From the human T2T-CHM13v2.0 reference genome, Homo sapiens: 64,000 nt of DNA. The notes under the pieces were generated by a model. That model was not told where the DNA came from. It searched no databases and saw only the letters and a list, made by a program, of their open reading frames with translations. Location: NCBI RefSeq assembly GCF_009914755.1, contig NC_060933.1; one strand, given 5' to 3'. The position numbers and the translations under genes are program-made. Shown piece by piece: positions 28,654 to 45,250 of the stretch (its first letter is position 1; each line of letters opens with the position of its first letter).

Positions 28654-29887
28654 GTGGGGGCTGCATGGCTGGAGAACATTCGCTGGGGAACTCTTGATAC
28701 AATGGCCTGGCGTGAGGAAATTGAGGCTCACAGCAATTAAGACACAGGCCCAGGGTCCTGAAGCTCCTAGGACAAGCGCCTGGAGTTTTTGGAGTGTGGC
28801 CTGGCGCTGTTCCTGCTGACAGCCACAGTGGTCTGGGGTGGCAATGGTGGCACAAGGCAATGAGCTCCACCCTCTCCACAATTAGTGGTGCTCCTTCCTG
28901 CTCAGCTGGAGGCAGCTTCCAGAATGCTCTGCTCTAGCACCCAGCCTGCATTCCAGATTTGGTGGGCTCTGTGGCAACTGGGCCAGACCAGGGTGTTTAG
29001 AGCCCCTCATCCTTCAGGTCTACTGGCACCCCATTCCTCTACACTGAGCAGCCAACGCCCAGCCTCACATCCTGGTCCTTTTCACACCCAGACACGTCTG
29101 TCGGCCCCTTTCCCCTATGCCTTCAGACAGGCACTGGTCCAACCTACCAGCTCATGCCAAGGAACCAGCTTCCTTCAACTGCCTTCCCTGCCTTGGTTTC
29201 CCATCACTGCAAGTGGGGAGAGGTACCTTTCACACTAGACTCTGTGAAGTTGCCATTCTCCAGACCTCACCAGCCAGTGCCCTGGGCTCCCCCCATGCCC
29301 ACCCACAATTGCTGGGAGCCTCAGCCCAGGCCTCACCCTGGCTGATCTGATGTGCTAGGAAGGGCAGCCGGGCACCCTGTCTGTATTCCCTGCCGAACCT
29401 TGGGCTGGGTCTCTCCTGCTCCTCCTATCGGGGGCAGAGGTTAATGAGCACAAGCTCTAGAGTCAGGTAGTCTCGGGTTCAAATCCTGCCTCTGCTGTCC
29501 GCACATCAGTACAGCAGGAATACCACTGACTCCCTGCTGGGGAAATCCAGCAGCATCGGCCACTCACTGGCCGCCAGCACCAGAGTGCCCGTGGCGCATC
29601 AGGCATGGCTGGTTCCTCACTCATGTGGCCTCCAGATAGCTGCAGGGAGATGGGGTCATTATCTTTATCTTCTCCATTTACACATGAGGAAACTGAGGGC
29701 CAGGGAAGGGAGGTGAAGGCCAAGTTCCCCCAACTGGTGAGAAGGACCTTGTCTCCAGGTCTGTGAAAGGGGAAAGTTGTAACTGCCACTCAGGACTGGA
29801 GAAATGATGCTGCCTTCCCTCCAGGTGTGCCTCCCACGCCCCCCGGAAGCAATCGTATCTGCCCTTCCCTGCAGAGATTGCCACTGA

Positions 29888-30237
<350 letters not shown>

Positions 30238-30425
30238 TGATTTCATTTTTCCAATTTGTGATGCACATAAATGCAATCATGCATTTTAAAAAATTCTGTC
30301 CTGGGTCACAGTCCTTGTGCCACCTCTCTCACTGTAGCTTGTGCCTCAGCCAGAGGCAACCTCATTCAAGATGCTATGTTGGCAAATGAGATGCTCTTTG
30401 AGCCCTTGGAGGGCATAGGTGGTCA

Positions 30426-30722
30426 GGCTGTGTGGATAGGGAGGGTGTGGGTCCCCTGTGTGGCCAGGCTGTGTGGATGGGTGGGTGCGGGTCTCCTGTG
30501 TGTCCGGGCTGTGTGGATGGGTGGATGCGGGTCCCCTGTGTGTCCGGGCTGTGTGGATGGGTGGGTGCGGGTCCCCTGTGTGTCCGGGCTGTGTGGATGG
30601 GGGGGGTGCAGGTCCCCTGTGTGGCCCGGCTGTGTGGATGGGGGGGTGTGGGTCCCCTGTGTGGCCCGGCTATGTGGATGGGTGGGTGCGGGGCCGTGTG
30701 GATGGGGGGGGGGGTGTGGGTC
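30426..30722. repeat. 40-41-bp G-rich minisatellite, ~7.5 copies
   Basis: GGCTGTGTGGATGGGTGGGTGCGGGTCCCCTGTGTGTCCG units at 30426, 30467, 30507, 30547, 30587, 30628 and 30668. Confidence 0.95.
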
Positions 30723-31614
30723 AGCTGTGTTGTTGCAGGGACTGTCATTTGTTCTTGTGCGTTGTCATGTAATGTTTCATTCTCTGACTATTCCTCAATT
30801 CACCTGCATTGCTTCCATTCAGGGATCCTGTGAATAAAATGGCGCAGACGTGCTTGTGCGGCTTTCCTGCTGGAGTCCATGAGCGTCTCGAGGATTTGGT
30901 GAGTTGTGAGATTTCCACACATTCAAAGGTGGAAGGCAATTCCAAATTGCTTTCCAGAGTGGGTTTTTACAAATGGACAAGCTAATGAGCATTCCCATTG
31001 CTCTGAAACCTCACCAATAATTGGTATCTCCATTTTTTTGACAATCTGGTGGGTAATTGTGTATTGTGGTTTAACTTAAATTTTCTCCATATTGATGCGC
31101 TAGAGTTCCTTGGCATGTTTACTGGCTACTGCAGGTTCATTATCTGAAAGTCAATTTTTTTGGCCTATTTCTGTATTGCAATGTTTGCCTTTTAAAGGTA
31201 CTGATTTATAGGAGTTCTTTATATATCCCGGATTTGCACCCTTGACTTAGTTCTGGGTTTCCGACTTTTTCCCACACCCTGGCTTGTCTTTTCTCTTTCT
31301 TTAGCATGTCTTTTGCCGAACAGCGACATTTATCTTCTTTTTGTTTACGGTTAGTGACCTTGGTCCCTCGTTTGGGAAATCCTTCTGTGCTCTGAGGAAT
31401 CGTTTCCCAAGTCAGTTTCTTAAAGCTGTAGAATTGCGTTTGCCATGTTTTGGTCTTTGTTTCACTGGAATTGGTTTTTGTGTGCAATCTAAGGTCAAGT
31501 ATCAATTTCACTCCCCCCCCCCATGTGGGTGGGTATTCAGTTGTTCCCAAATTGTTTATTGAATTAATTTATCTCTTCCCCACTGATCTCAAATGGCATC
31601 TCTGTGAAACACAC

Positions 31615-34280
<2,666 letters not shown>

Positions 34281-35479
34281 TTATCTGCTCTTGTTCCAAT
34301 TCCTCACTGTCATGATCATTACAGCCTGATTAGAAATCCTGACAATAAGAAGGGACAGTTCTTTTACCTTGCTTTCCTTCAAGAATGTCTTGGCTATAAC
34401 TGGCCCTTTGCAATTAAACATGAACTTCAAAATCACTTTGCCAGTTCCACAGATTGCAATTCTCTTGGGATTCTGAGTCCAGTGAATTTGAATCTATAGC
34501 CCACTTTGGGGACAGTTGACTTATTTACAATACTGAGTCTTCCAATCTATTAACGTCTTAAATCACTTATTTATATATTCTGTAATATGGCTCAAAGTCT
34601 CATCATATTCTCCAAATATACATTATTTTCTTCATAAATGTCTTTCAGTAGATATATTCGTAGGAACTTCATATTTTTTATATTATGAGTGGTATCTTTC
34701 TTCATTTATAAATATTTGTTGCTATCATGTAGAAATTTAACTCTAATTTGTGCATGAATTTTTGTATTTGGCAACTTTGCCAGACTTCCTGTCTGTTGGC
34801 TTATCTCCACATTCATACGGCTCTTCTATGTACATAATCATATCATCAACAAATGGTAACTGTTTGGTTTTTCCTTTTCAATGCTGGTAGCTTTTATCCC
34901 CTTGTCTTCCTGTCCTGGCCAGGACTTCTAGTACAATATGGAATAGAGGTGGTGAGACCGGACATATTGTCTTATGCCCTGTTTCAAAGGATAGCTTTAA
35001 AGTTTCACTATTAAATATGATTTTACAGTAGGTGTTTTGCACACAGTCTTTGTCAGGTTAAAGAAGTTGTCTTTTATTTCTATTTCTCTGTTTTGTACAT
35101 ACTATTTATTTATCAGGTTAAAGAAGTTTCCGTCTATTTCCTTCACTGAAAAACAGTTTTAAATCCTGAATGTATCCTGAATTCAATTATCTTCTTCCGT
35201 CTTCACTGAGATGAGCCTATGACTTTTAAATCTTTAATCTGTTAATGTAGTATGTTGTATTAATTTTTCTGAATGTTCAGTCATTTAACCTTGCATTCCT
35301 TAGATAAATTCAACTTGTCCATGGTGTGTGATTCTGCATATGCAGTTGGGTTTAGTTTGCTGAGCTTGTGTTTGCATTTATGTTCATGAGTGAGGCTGGC
35401 CCATGATGGTCATTTCCTATGCTGTCCTTGTCAGGCTTGGGGGTAGAATTCCTTCTTTTCTATTATCTGTGAGTGATGA

Positions 35480-35777
<298 letters not shown>

Positions 35778-36444
35778 GAGTGATGAGAATTTACTGATGA
35801 ATTTTTCTTCGCTTGAGGTTTTATTTGTGGAAAGATTTTGAACTAGTGATTCAGTTTCTTGAGTGGTGATAGGACCATGTAGGGGTTCTATTCTTGAGTT
35901 TGTGATATTTTTCTAGGGACATGTTCATTGTGTCAAATTCTAATATTTATTAGGAAAGTTTCATAATATCCTCTTATTATAATATTGCCATATCATAATA
36001 TGTGTAGTGATTTTCTTTTTCATTCTCAATATTAGTAAGTAATTTGTAACTTTTCTAATTTTTTCTTTTGATTAGTCTTGCCAAAATTAGTAAATTTTAT
36101 TATTTATTATCTTTAAAAAACTGACTCTGATTTTTTATTCTATTTTATAGTTTTCTATTTCATTAAGTTCTTTTTATTTAATTAACTTATTCATTATTTT
36201 ATTTTTTCTTCCACTTTCTTGGAATTATTTTGCTGTGTTTTCTTCTTGAGATCTGGATTTAGCTGAGTAATTGTCAACCTTTCTTTTTCTCTAGTCTAAT
36301 CACTTATGACTATACATGTCCTTAATGTATTGCTTTATGTGGCATTTTGTATTCATAACTTTCATGAATTTTTAGTATTCAATAAAAGCATTTTCTAATT
36401 TTTGTTAAATTTTGCTTTGAAAATAGGTTATTTAGAAGTGTTCA

Positions 36445-36760
<316 letters not shown>

Positions 36761-37540
36761 TTAAACATATGAGGATTGTCTAATCATCTTGCACTGTGGT
36801 AAGAAAATATTCGCTGGCTATTTTAATTCTTTGAGGTTGTTTGAGGTCCATGTAGGCCTCAAGATATAGTCACCTTTCCTCGGGTGAGGAAATGTCTGCT
36901 TCAGAAGGGTTTGTGAGTGCAGTTCCATGTGAATGGAACCGAGTCGCTAATTGCTTTGCTCACCTCTTCTCTGCCTATCCACCTCCTCTCAAAGTCTCCC
37001 ACTGGGACTGTGGGTTTGCCGGTTTCTTCTTGGAGGCTTTTGATTTTTACCTTTAATTTTCAGGCTGTGTTTTAAGTCTATGCAGACTGGTTTTGTTTTC
37101 TTTTCCCAGTGAATTGAACTCTTCATTATAGCAAGGCAACAATTCCTAGTGATGCATTTTGTCTGCAGATACTCTGTCTGGCTTCCTCTGGTTTGCCGTT
37201 GCATCTTCTTTATCTGTTTACTTCCAACCTCTGCAGATCTTTATGTTTTGAGCATTTTCTGTAAACACCATGAGGTTCGATTTCTCCCCATAGTCTGTCA
37301 GCCTTTGTCTTTCTACTGCAGTGTTTAGTCTATTTAAATTTAATATGATTGCTTTATATTTAGGTTCAAATAGACTACTTTTTTTATTTTTAGCTGTTGC
37401 ATATTTTTCTCGTCTATATTGTCTTCTTTTGGCTTTAAGTCTTTTTTTATTTCTATTTTCTATTCTATTAGTTTAGGAGTTCTGTACCATTGCTGGTCTT
37501 TTTGTGGTTTATCTAGTAGTTGCAATATACATCTTTAGCT

Positions 37541-37968
37541 TCTATGAGTTTTCCAGGGCTGCTATAATAAATCAACTAACCGTGGGGCCTAACATAGAGA
37601 AAGTTTATTCTGTCCCAGTTCTGGAGGCCGGAACTCTAAAACCAAGGTGTTAGCAAGGCCGCACTCCCTCTGGAGGGTCTAGGGAAGCCTCCTCCAGCTT
37701 CTGGTGGCTTCAAGCATTCCCTGGCTTGTGGTTGCATCACTCCAACCTCTGCTTCCGTCTTCATGTGGCCTCTTCTCTGTGTCGCTCTGTGTCCTCTTCT
37801 CTTCCTTTAAAGTCTCAAGTCATTGGATTTAGGGCCTACACTAACTCAGTATGATCTTACCTTGATCCTTAACCATGTGCATCGGCAAAGACCCAATTTC
37901 TAATTTAGGTCTTATTCTGAGGTTCTGGGTGGACGTGAACTTTGGGGGACCCTATGCACTGCATTATA
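37541..37968 (-). mobile_element. MLT1B/C-like solo LTR
   Basis: AGGGCTGCTATAATAAA..TTTATTCTGTCCCAGTTCTGGAGGC..GTCATTGGATTTAGGGCC. Confidence 0.85.
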
Positions 37969-38284
37969 CTTACCAAGACGCAGAGTTAATCAATACCCCG
38001 GCAGCACAGGAATCCCACATGGAACCCTGAGGCTCCACATTTACTCCTCGCTGATTTCTAGGTATTTCTGTTCTGTCTTGGCCTATTGTAACCCACAGGC
38101 TTTATTTGTTTTTGCAGCCAGAACTCCTTTCAACTCACCCACTTCTGCCAGGATGCATGCCCACCTTATCCCCCTCCTCTCAGTTCTTCCACCTAGAATC
38201 ATGTTTCTTGGGCCCGGAATTTACCTTTTAGGCTTTTAGTAGAGACACTCTGTTGTTGAACTCTCTCAGGTTTTGGTTTTCTGA

Positions 38285-38793
<509 letters not shown>

Positions 38794-39022
38794 CGCTTTT
38801 TTACATCTGTGGCTGTGTCCCATCAGTTCTGTGAAATCCCCAGGCATTATCTCTTAAAATATCATGCTGCTCCCATTGCCTCTTCTTACCTTCTGCAGCC
38901 TGGTGAGATGACATGAGACCTTCTGACTTGCTTCTTCGTGCCTCCATACTTCTCAGATTCCCCATCCTCTTGCCTCACTGTACAGCATTCTCTAGAATTT
39001 CTTCTAACCTAACCTGTCTTTA

Positions 39023-39328
<306 letters not shown>

Positions 39329-40499
39329 CTAACCTATCTTTAGTTTATGAGTTCTTCTTCAGTTGAAGTGAACATACTATGAGAATAAATATTAAAGCCA
39401 TAATCTTAATTATATTTTTACCTTAGCTTTCTACTCCTTTTTCACCAAGTCAATGCCTGTTTCTAGCTTCCTGCTTACTATTTTCAGTCTGGCTTTTCTT
39501 TAAGCTCAATAAAAGCATAGTTGTTTTATGATACATGCCTGATTTCTTTAGTATTTGAAGTCTGCGTGTCTGTTTCTGCTCTCTGTTTTCTCTCTTGTCT
39601 CTTACTCATTGGATTTTGTTTCCCTTTGTCCTTGTACTGAGACCTGCCTGTGTTCTTTAGTATGTAATATGTGGAGGTTCTTTGAGGCCTAGGATGAAGG
39701 TGAATTTTTCTGGAAGGGATTTGCGTTTGGTTCTTCTGGGCCACCGCAGATCCAGGGTTACCTTGCTCCAAACTCATTGATGGAGCATCTTTAATTCGCC
39801 GGGAGATGGGGGCTTGTGCCGCAAGGCTGGCTTGTGGTTGCCATTTTCAGCGATGTGCCCACCCCAGCCCCACCCTGAGCTCAGCACCAGGGCAGCGTTT
39901 CTGGTGGTCTCCTGAGGTGGGGCATGGGTGGGTTTTTTTCTGTCTGACCTGCATCTGAGGGGTGTGCAACTTGTGCCCCAGCTCTGTGAACAAGGCCTCC
40001 CACTGGCCTCCTCGAGTGGGCCCTGGGCTTGGCTTTGTGCCTTGCATAAGGCCTCTGAGCCCATTTGGTTCTGCCATAGGCTCACGACGAAGGGCGTTGC
40101 CGGGCCCTGCTCACCTCTTCGTGGCCCCACCTCCCTTTAGATGGCATCTGCTGATTCCTTACCATCTGGTCACCTCTTTGCTTTTAAAAATATTGTTTTC
40201 AGCAGTTTTGTTCCTCGGTGAGTGATTGCACTGATGAACCTAACCTGGTGCTTTACCGGAAATGTAAGTTAAGGGAAGGACTTGGTTCCTTCTCTCCATG
40301 CTTCGCACATCCCCATCATCAGCAAGTCAGCCGAGCTCTGGGGTAAGGGGCCTCCCTGTCCCATTGCCCTCCCTATCTGTCCCACCCCATGGCCACTCCC
40401 CGTCCTACCCCGGTCTCAGAAGCAGCCTCCTCATTGCTCTCTGGGGCCACCCTTGCTCCCCAACAGTCAGAGACTTTGAAAACACAAATCGGAGCCCCT

Positions 40500-41015
40500 C
40501 CCTTTCCTGTGGAAAGCCCTCCTGTGTCTCCACTACAGTCAGGATGAAACTGAATTCCCTCGCCACGGCTGAGTCTCACGTGATTTGGCCTCTCTCCAGC
40601 CCTCCGGCCCCATCTCCCCACCGCCCACTCACCAGCTGCCTTAGCCTTCGTGCCATTGCTCACCCATGCCAAGCTCTTTCCCATCTTCGTCCTTTCCCCA
40701 TAGTCTGGAAGGTTCTTCCCCCAGCACTTTGCAAGACTGGGTCTGTCTCATCTTTCAGGCCCTTCTCAATCTCATCTTGTAGAGAGGCCCTCCCAGAGCC
40801 CTCTCAGCTCCCATGCCCTACCCGTCAGCTCCTTTCTGACCTCCACATTCTCCTCCTTTCATTACTGCTGTGGCTCACCATGGGAAACTAGCACCTCTTC
40901 CCTGATGAACCTGCTTGTCCAGCTTCCTGGACAGTGGAGGCCCACAGGCATCTTGGCACCCACACCGTGCCTGCACCCAGTAGCTGCTCAGGACGTGCTT
41001 GCTGGATAAATGAGG
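40500..41015 (+). mobile_element. L2 fragment
   Basis: CT-rich L2 body ending GTAGCTGCTCAGGACGTGCTTGCTGGATAAATGA. Confidence 0.6.
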
Positions 41016-41176
41016 GCATAAGTCTCTTTGCATGCTGCTCATGGGAGGCAGGGATGGGGCTTAGCGGCCTCCAGTTTCCATACAGACTTTTGGTAGAAGG
41101 TAGCTGAAGTCAGCAGATGGGATGTGTTTCCAGATCTGACTTGGTTTACTCTCTCCCCTGTTAAGAAAAATCATCT

Positions 41177-41461
41177 AGCCTGGCGCAGTGGCTTATACCT
41201 GTAATCCTAGCACTTTGGGAGGCTGAGGCGGGTGGGTCACTTGAGATCAGGAGTTTGAGACCAGCCTGGCCAACATGGTGAAACCCCGCCTCTACCAAAA
41301 ACATGAAAAAATAGCCAGGTGTTTTGGCATGCGCCTATAATCCCAGCCACTCGGGGGGCTGAGGCAGGAGAATTGCTTGAACCTGGGAGGCAGAGTTTGT
41401 GGCGAGCTGACATTGTGTGCCACTGCACGCCAGCCTGGGCAACAGAGCGAGACTCTATCTC

Positions 41462-41486
<25 letters not shown>
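41177..41486 (+). mobile_element. AluS
   Basis: TSD AAGAAAAATCATC. Confidence 0.94.
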
Positions 41487-41493
<7 letters not shown>

Positions 41494-42399
41494 ATCATCC
41501 TTTTTCAAGTATCTTTTCCAAGTCATCCTGGGGCATTGTATGACAGGCCCTCGCAAGGAGAATTTACTTATGTAGAGAAATGTACTGTGCCTGTGTCTGA
41601 CTTTGCTGTTTCCTATTAATTAAGGATTCAGACTCTGTAAAGTTACATTAACTGGTAGATTTGTATTTGGTAGAAAAGAAGAGGGTTACGGCCATTGCCT
41701 TGTAGTACATTAACCAGTTTTACTTCTGTGAAGTTTTACTTCGGTGAAGGCATTGCAGAATGCCCTTCCAAGTCCTCAAACAGCTCCAGGAATGGACTTT
41801 CCCATCTTACGAGTTTCTGTGTTAATGAGCTAATAAATTTTTGGTATGTATTTATTTTATATTTGTACAGGATCCCTGCTCTTTCTGAAAATTATACTCT
41901 GACAGCCTCCAAGAATGGTGACAGAACCTGTGGCTGTTTACTGTCCAGCGGGTCCTTGCCTGGTTTGTCTGGTGACAGGCCTCAGGCCCCCGTGGCTGTC
42001 TGTCAGCTGTGGGTCCTTGGACAGGTTGCCTAACCCCTGCGCTAGCTGAGGTCCTCTGTGCCCCAGCTCCCTCATTTATAAATGAGACGATTACACCATC
42101 AGTCTAAGGCTCTTAAAGGGGTAAATGAGACCCAAGTCAAGTGCTTGGTCCTCCACTTTAGGCATAAGAAGCACAGTAACTATAAGAATGATGATGATAA
42201 TAGCAAAGCTGTCGGTCTCTGTACATCTCCACTAGCAGCAGGGAAGGCCCGATTTAAAGGCAGACGGGTCATACAGACACCCTTGGTCCCCACCAGGCGG
42301 TCTTAATGCACTTTACAAATAAGGGGGTCCTCGGAGCAGAGCCCCTCGGGTATCTCTGCCCCAGTCCTTGGGCCTTCTCTACACGACAGTGAGGTGACT

Positions 42400-42730
42400 G
42401 TTTTTTTTTTTTATAGCTTTATTGAGATGTAATTGACACTATACAATTCACTCATTTAAAGTGTACAATTCAGTGGCTTTGAGAATATTCACAGCTGGGC
42501 AACTGTCTCCACCATCAATTTCAGATGCTTCTGTTACCTGAGAAGCACCCCGTACACCTCAGCCACCTGCTTCCCCTCCCGCCTCCTCTCCCTCTCCTTG
42601 GCCCCAGCAGCCATCAGTCTATTTTCTGTATCAGTGGATTCTCCTACTCCAGACGCTTTGTATAAGCGGAGTCATGCAGCACCTGGCTGCTTTCACTCAG
42701 CACAATGCGTTTGAGGCTCATCCGTGTGGG
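42400..42730 (-). mobile_element. L1MB-type 3' end
   Basis: AGCTTTATTGAGATGTAATT..TTTAAAGTGTACAATTCAGTGG. Confidence 0.8.
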
Positions 42731-44004
42731 GCCAGCTCACTGTTGGCTGACAGGTGGCCCCTTCTGCAAGGTGGGACTCCTTGGGGCCCTAGCCCAGCCT
42801 GGCTCCCCCTAAAGCTGGCGGCCCCGTTCGGGCTCTGCTTTTCTGTATTGGCTGGTGCCAACCCTGCCCTGAGGGGTGTCCTGTGCCCCGAGGACACCCC
42901 CGCCTGGCAGCTGCTCCCGCAGCCAACTGGTACTACCGCGCCTTCACCCAGCTCAGGTCCCTCCCCACGTGGACAGAGGGATCATGGAGGTCAGGGAGGC
43001 GGATGGAGCCTCAGGACCTCATGCGGGTAGATTTCTTGTCCCTTGTCTCACCAGCTGCTGGTGGCTTGTCTCTCTCCCATCCAGCAGGCAAGAGGCAGTG
43101 GTTCATGTTTGGGGGTGGTAGGGACTTCGGAGAGGCTGGAAAGGCAGGAAACACCACCTAAAGGCTCTGGGGGAGGGGGTGCAGGGTCCCACCAAGTCCT
43201 CGGGGACAGTGGGGCGGCCTTTCATTTGGTATTTCCCCAGCACCAAGTATGTACAGGCGCCACGCTGGGGGCTGGAAACAACACGAGCAAGGTGGGCACC
43301 GTGCCCACCCTCGTGGGGCCGAGCCAGTGGGGGAGGCAAAGCAGATGGCAGTTAAGGCTCGGTTGGGTGGGACTGTGATGGGGCCGCTGTCCTGACACCT
43401 CTGTCCCCTTGGGTCCACCCAGTGGTGGGCTGCTCGCGGGGTGCCTCCCGAGGCGCTCCTGGCCCGGGAAGGAGGCCGCCGTCTGTTTCCACTTAGCGGC
43501 CTCCCAGGCCAACATGATGTCATTGCAGCTTGGCCTGGTGGGCGCTGGCGCCGGGCCACCAGTGACAGCTCAGCTGGGAGCCCCAAGCTAATGAGAAGGG
43601 GGCCGTGGCTGCTGCGGCCATGGTGGGGCTGCTGCCTCTCATCCCAGAACCACGGCCTCATCCGCAGAATCCCGGCCTGACCCCAACAGGCAGAGTAGGC
43701 GGCAGCCAGGCTGCAGGAATGTGGGGTGGGGTGGTTCACTAAGGAACTGCACCTGGTGGGGGCGGGCGCAGCTGGAGCCAGGGCCTCGAGCTGTGGTCCT
43801 CCCGTTCTAGGAGGGTGCTTCGCCAAGGAGCTCTGGGCCTGGCCTGCGGGCGGCTGTGCTGCTGAGCTGTTGCTCACTGCAGAGTCCATGGAATTGGCAG
43901 GCCTGGGCACTGTCCGCTGAGGCCAGGTCTCCAGGCCTGGACAGGGAAGCCATTTCTCCCCAGCCACTGCGGCTCACCTCTCCCAGGGCTCAGCTTTCCC
44001 TGCT

Positions 44005-44341
44005 TGATATGGGCTGGCTCTGTGTCCCTACCCAAATCTCATCTGGAATTGTAATCCCCACGCGTCTAGGGAGGGAAGTGGTTGGATGCTGGGGGCAGCT
44101 TCCCCCATGCTGTTCTCATGATAGTGAATGAATTCTCACGAGATCTGATGGTTTTATTAATGGTAGTTTTTCTCTCTCTCCTGCCGCCATGTAAGACTGG
44201 CTGCTTCCCTTTCTACCATGACTGTAAGTTCCCTGAGGCCTCCCCAGACATGCAGGACTGTGAGTCAGTTAAACCTCTTTTCTTTATAAATTACCCAGTC
44301 TTGGGCAGCTCTTTATAGCAGTGTGAGAATGGACTAATACA
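44005..44341 (+). mobile_element. THE1 (THE1D-like) solo LTR
   Basis: TGATATGG..CTCTGTGTCCCTACCCAAATCTCATC...GAATGGACTAATACA. Confidence 0.93.
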
Positions 44342-45129
44342 CTGTGGCCCACCTGTAGCTGTGGACAAGGCTGAGGACCAGGGTCTTGTCTGGCTCTGAG
44401 TGTCTACACAGCTAAGGGCTGCAGGTGGGGTTGGGCTGTGTCTTCCACAGAGGCCTGAGACCCACAAAGGACAAACCGTCACAGCCCTTGGTGAGGAAAC
44501 TGAGGCCTAGGGAAGGAGAGCATTTGTACCAAGCAGGATGACATTGCCGGGCTCTGGCTGTGGCTGCCCTGGCACCAGTGTATACAGTCAGGCTATGAGC
44601 TGACACAGTAATCCCATAGCGAGCCCACGAAGGCAGATCAGTGCATTTAATCCTCCCAGTGACCCTATGAGATAAGATGTGGAGACTCAGAAACATCACA
44701 GAGGGGAGACTTGAACTCAAGTCTGGCTGGCCCAAAACCATGCTCTCGGCCTTTGCCTGCTTGCTCTTCCTGGCTGGTCAAGGGGTCCTGGGCCCTTGCA
44801 CTGTCATACTGTGTAGCTTTGGGCATAAATGGTTCCTGAGCCACCGTGTCCTCTCCTTACAAAGAGACGTCAGGAGGATGAGGTGACAGATCTGCCTGGG
44901 GTACCACACTTGAGGAACTGGGAGTGGACGGGGTGGGAGCCTGAGGTTGCATGGTGCACACTGTCCCCGAGTGAGTGTCAGGACTAGGGAGAACTGCCAC
45001 AGTCAGGGCCCAGCCTGGGGGTATGGAGCTGGGCAGCAGGGCCCAGTGGGCTGGCTGAGGGCCTTCCCTGGACAGTGACGCGTCCCTCCCCATCCCATGC
45101 ATTGCATTCCTATTCTCTGGTCGGCAACA

Positions 45130-45250
45130 AACACACACGTGGCCTCTCCCTGTGCCCACGTTAAAATGTCTGCAGGGCTTTCTGGGAGAGTGAACACACA
45201 TGTGGCCTCTCCCTGTGCCCACATGAAATGTCTGCAGGGCTTTCTGGGAG
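45130..45250. repeat. Two-copy ~62-bp tandem duplication
   Basis: ACACA..TGGCCTCTCCCTGTGCCCAC..AAATGTCTGCAGGGCTTTCTGGGAG occurs twice. Confidence 0.9.

Noticed and set aside
43158-43967. 269-aa minus-strand ORF and similar ORFs at 27-28 kb and 50-51 kb
   Set aside because: They have the Pro/Ala/Gly/Arg-rich composition typical of GC-rich non-coding DNA and no recognisable motif.
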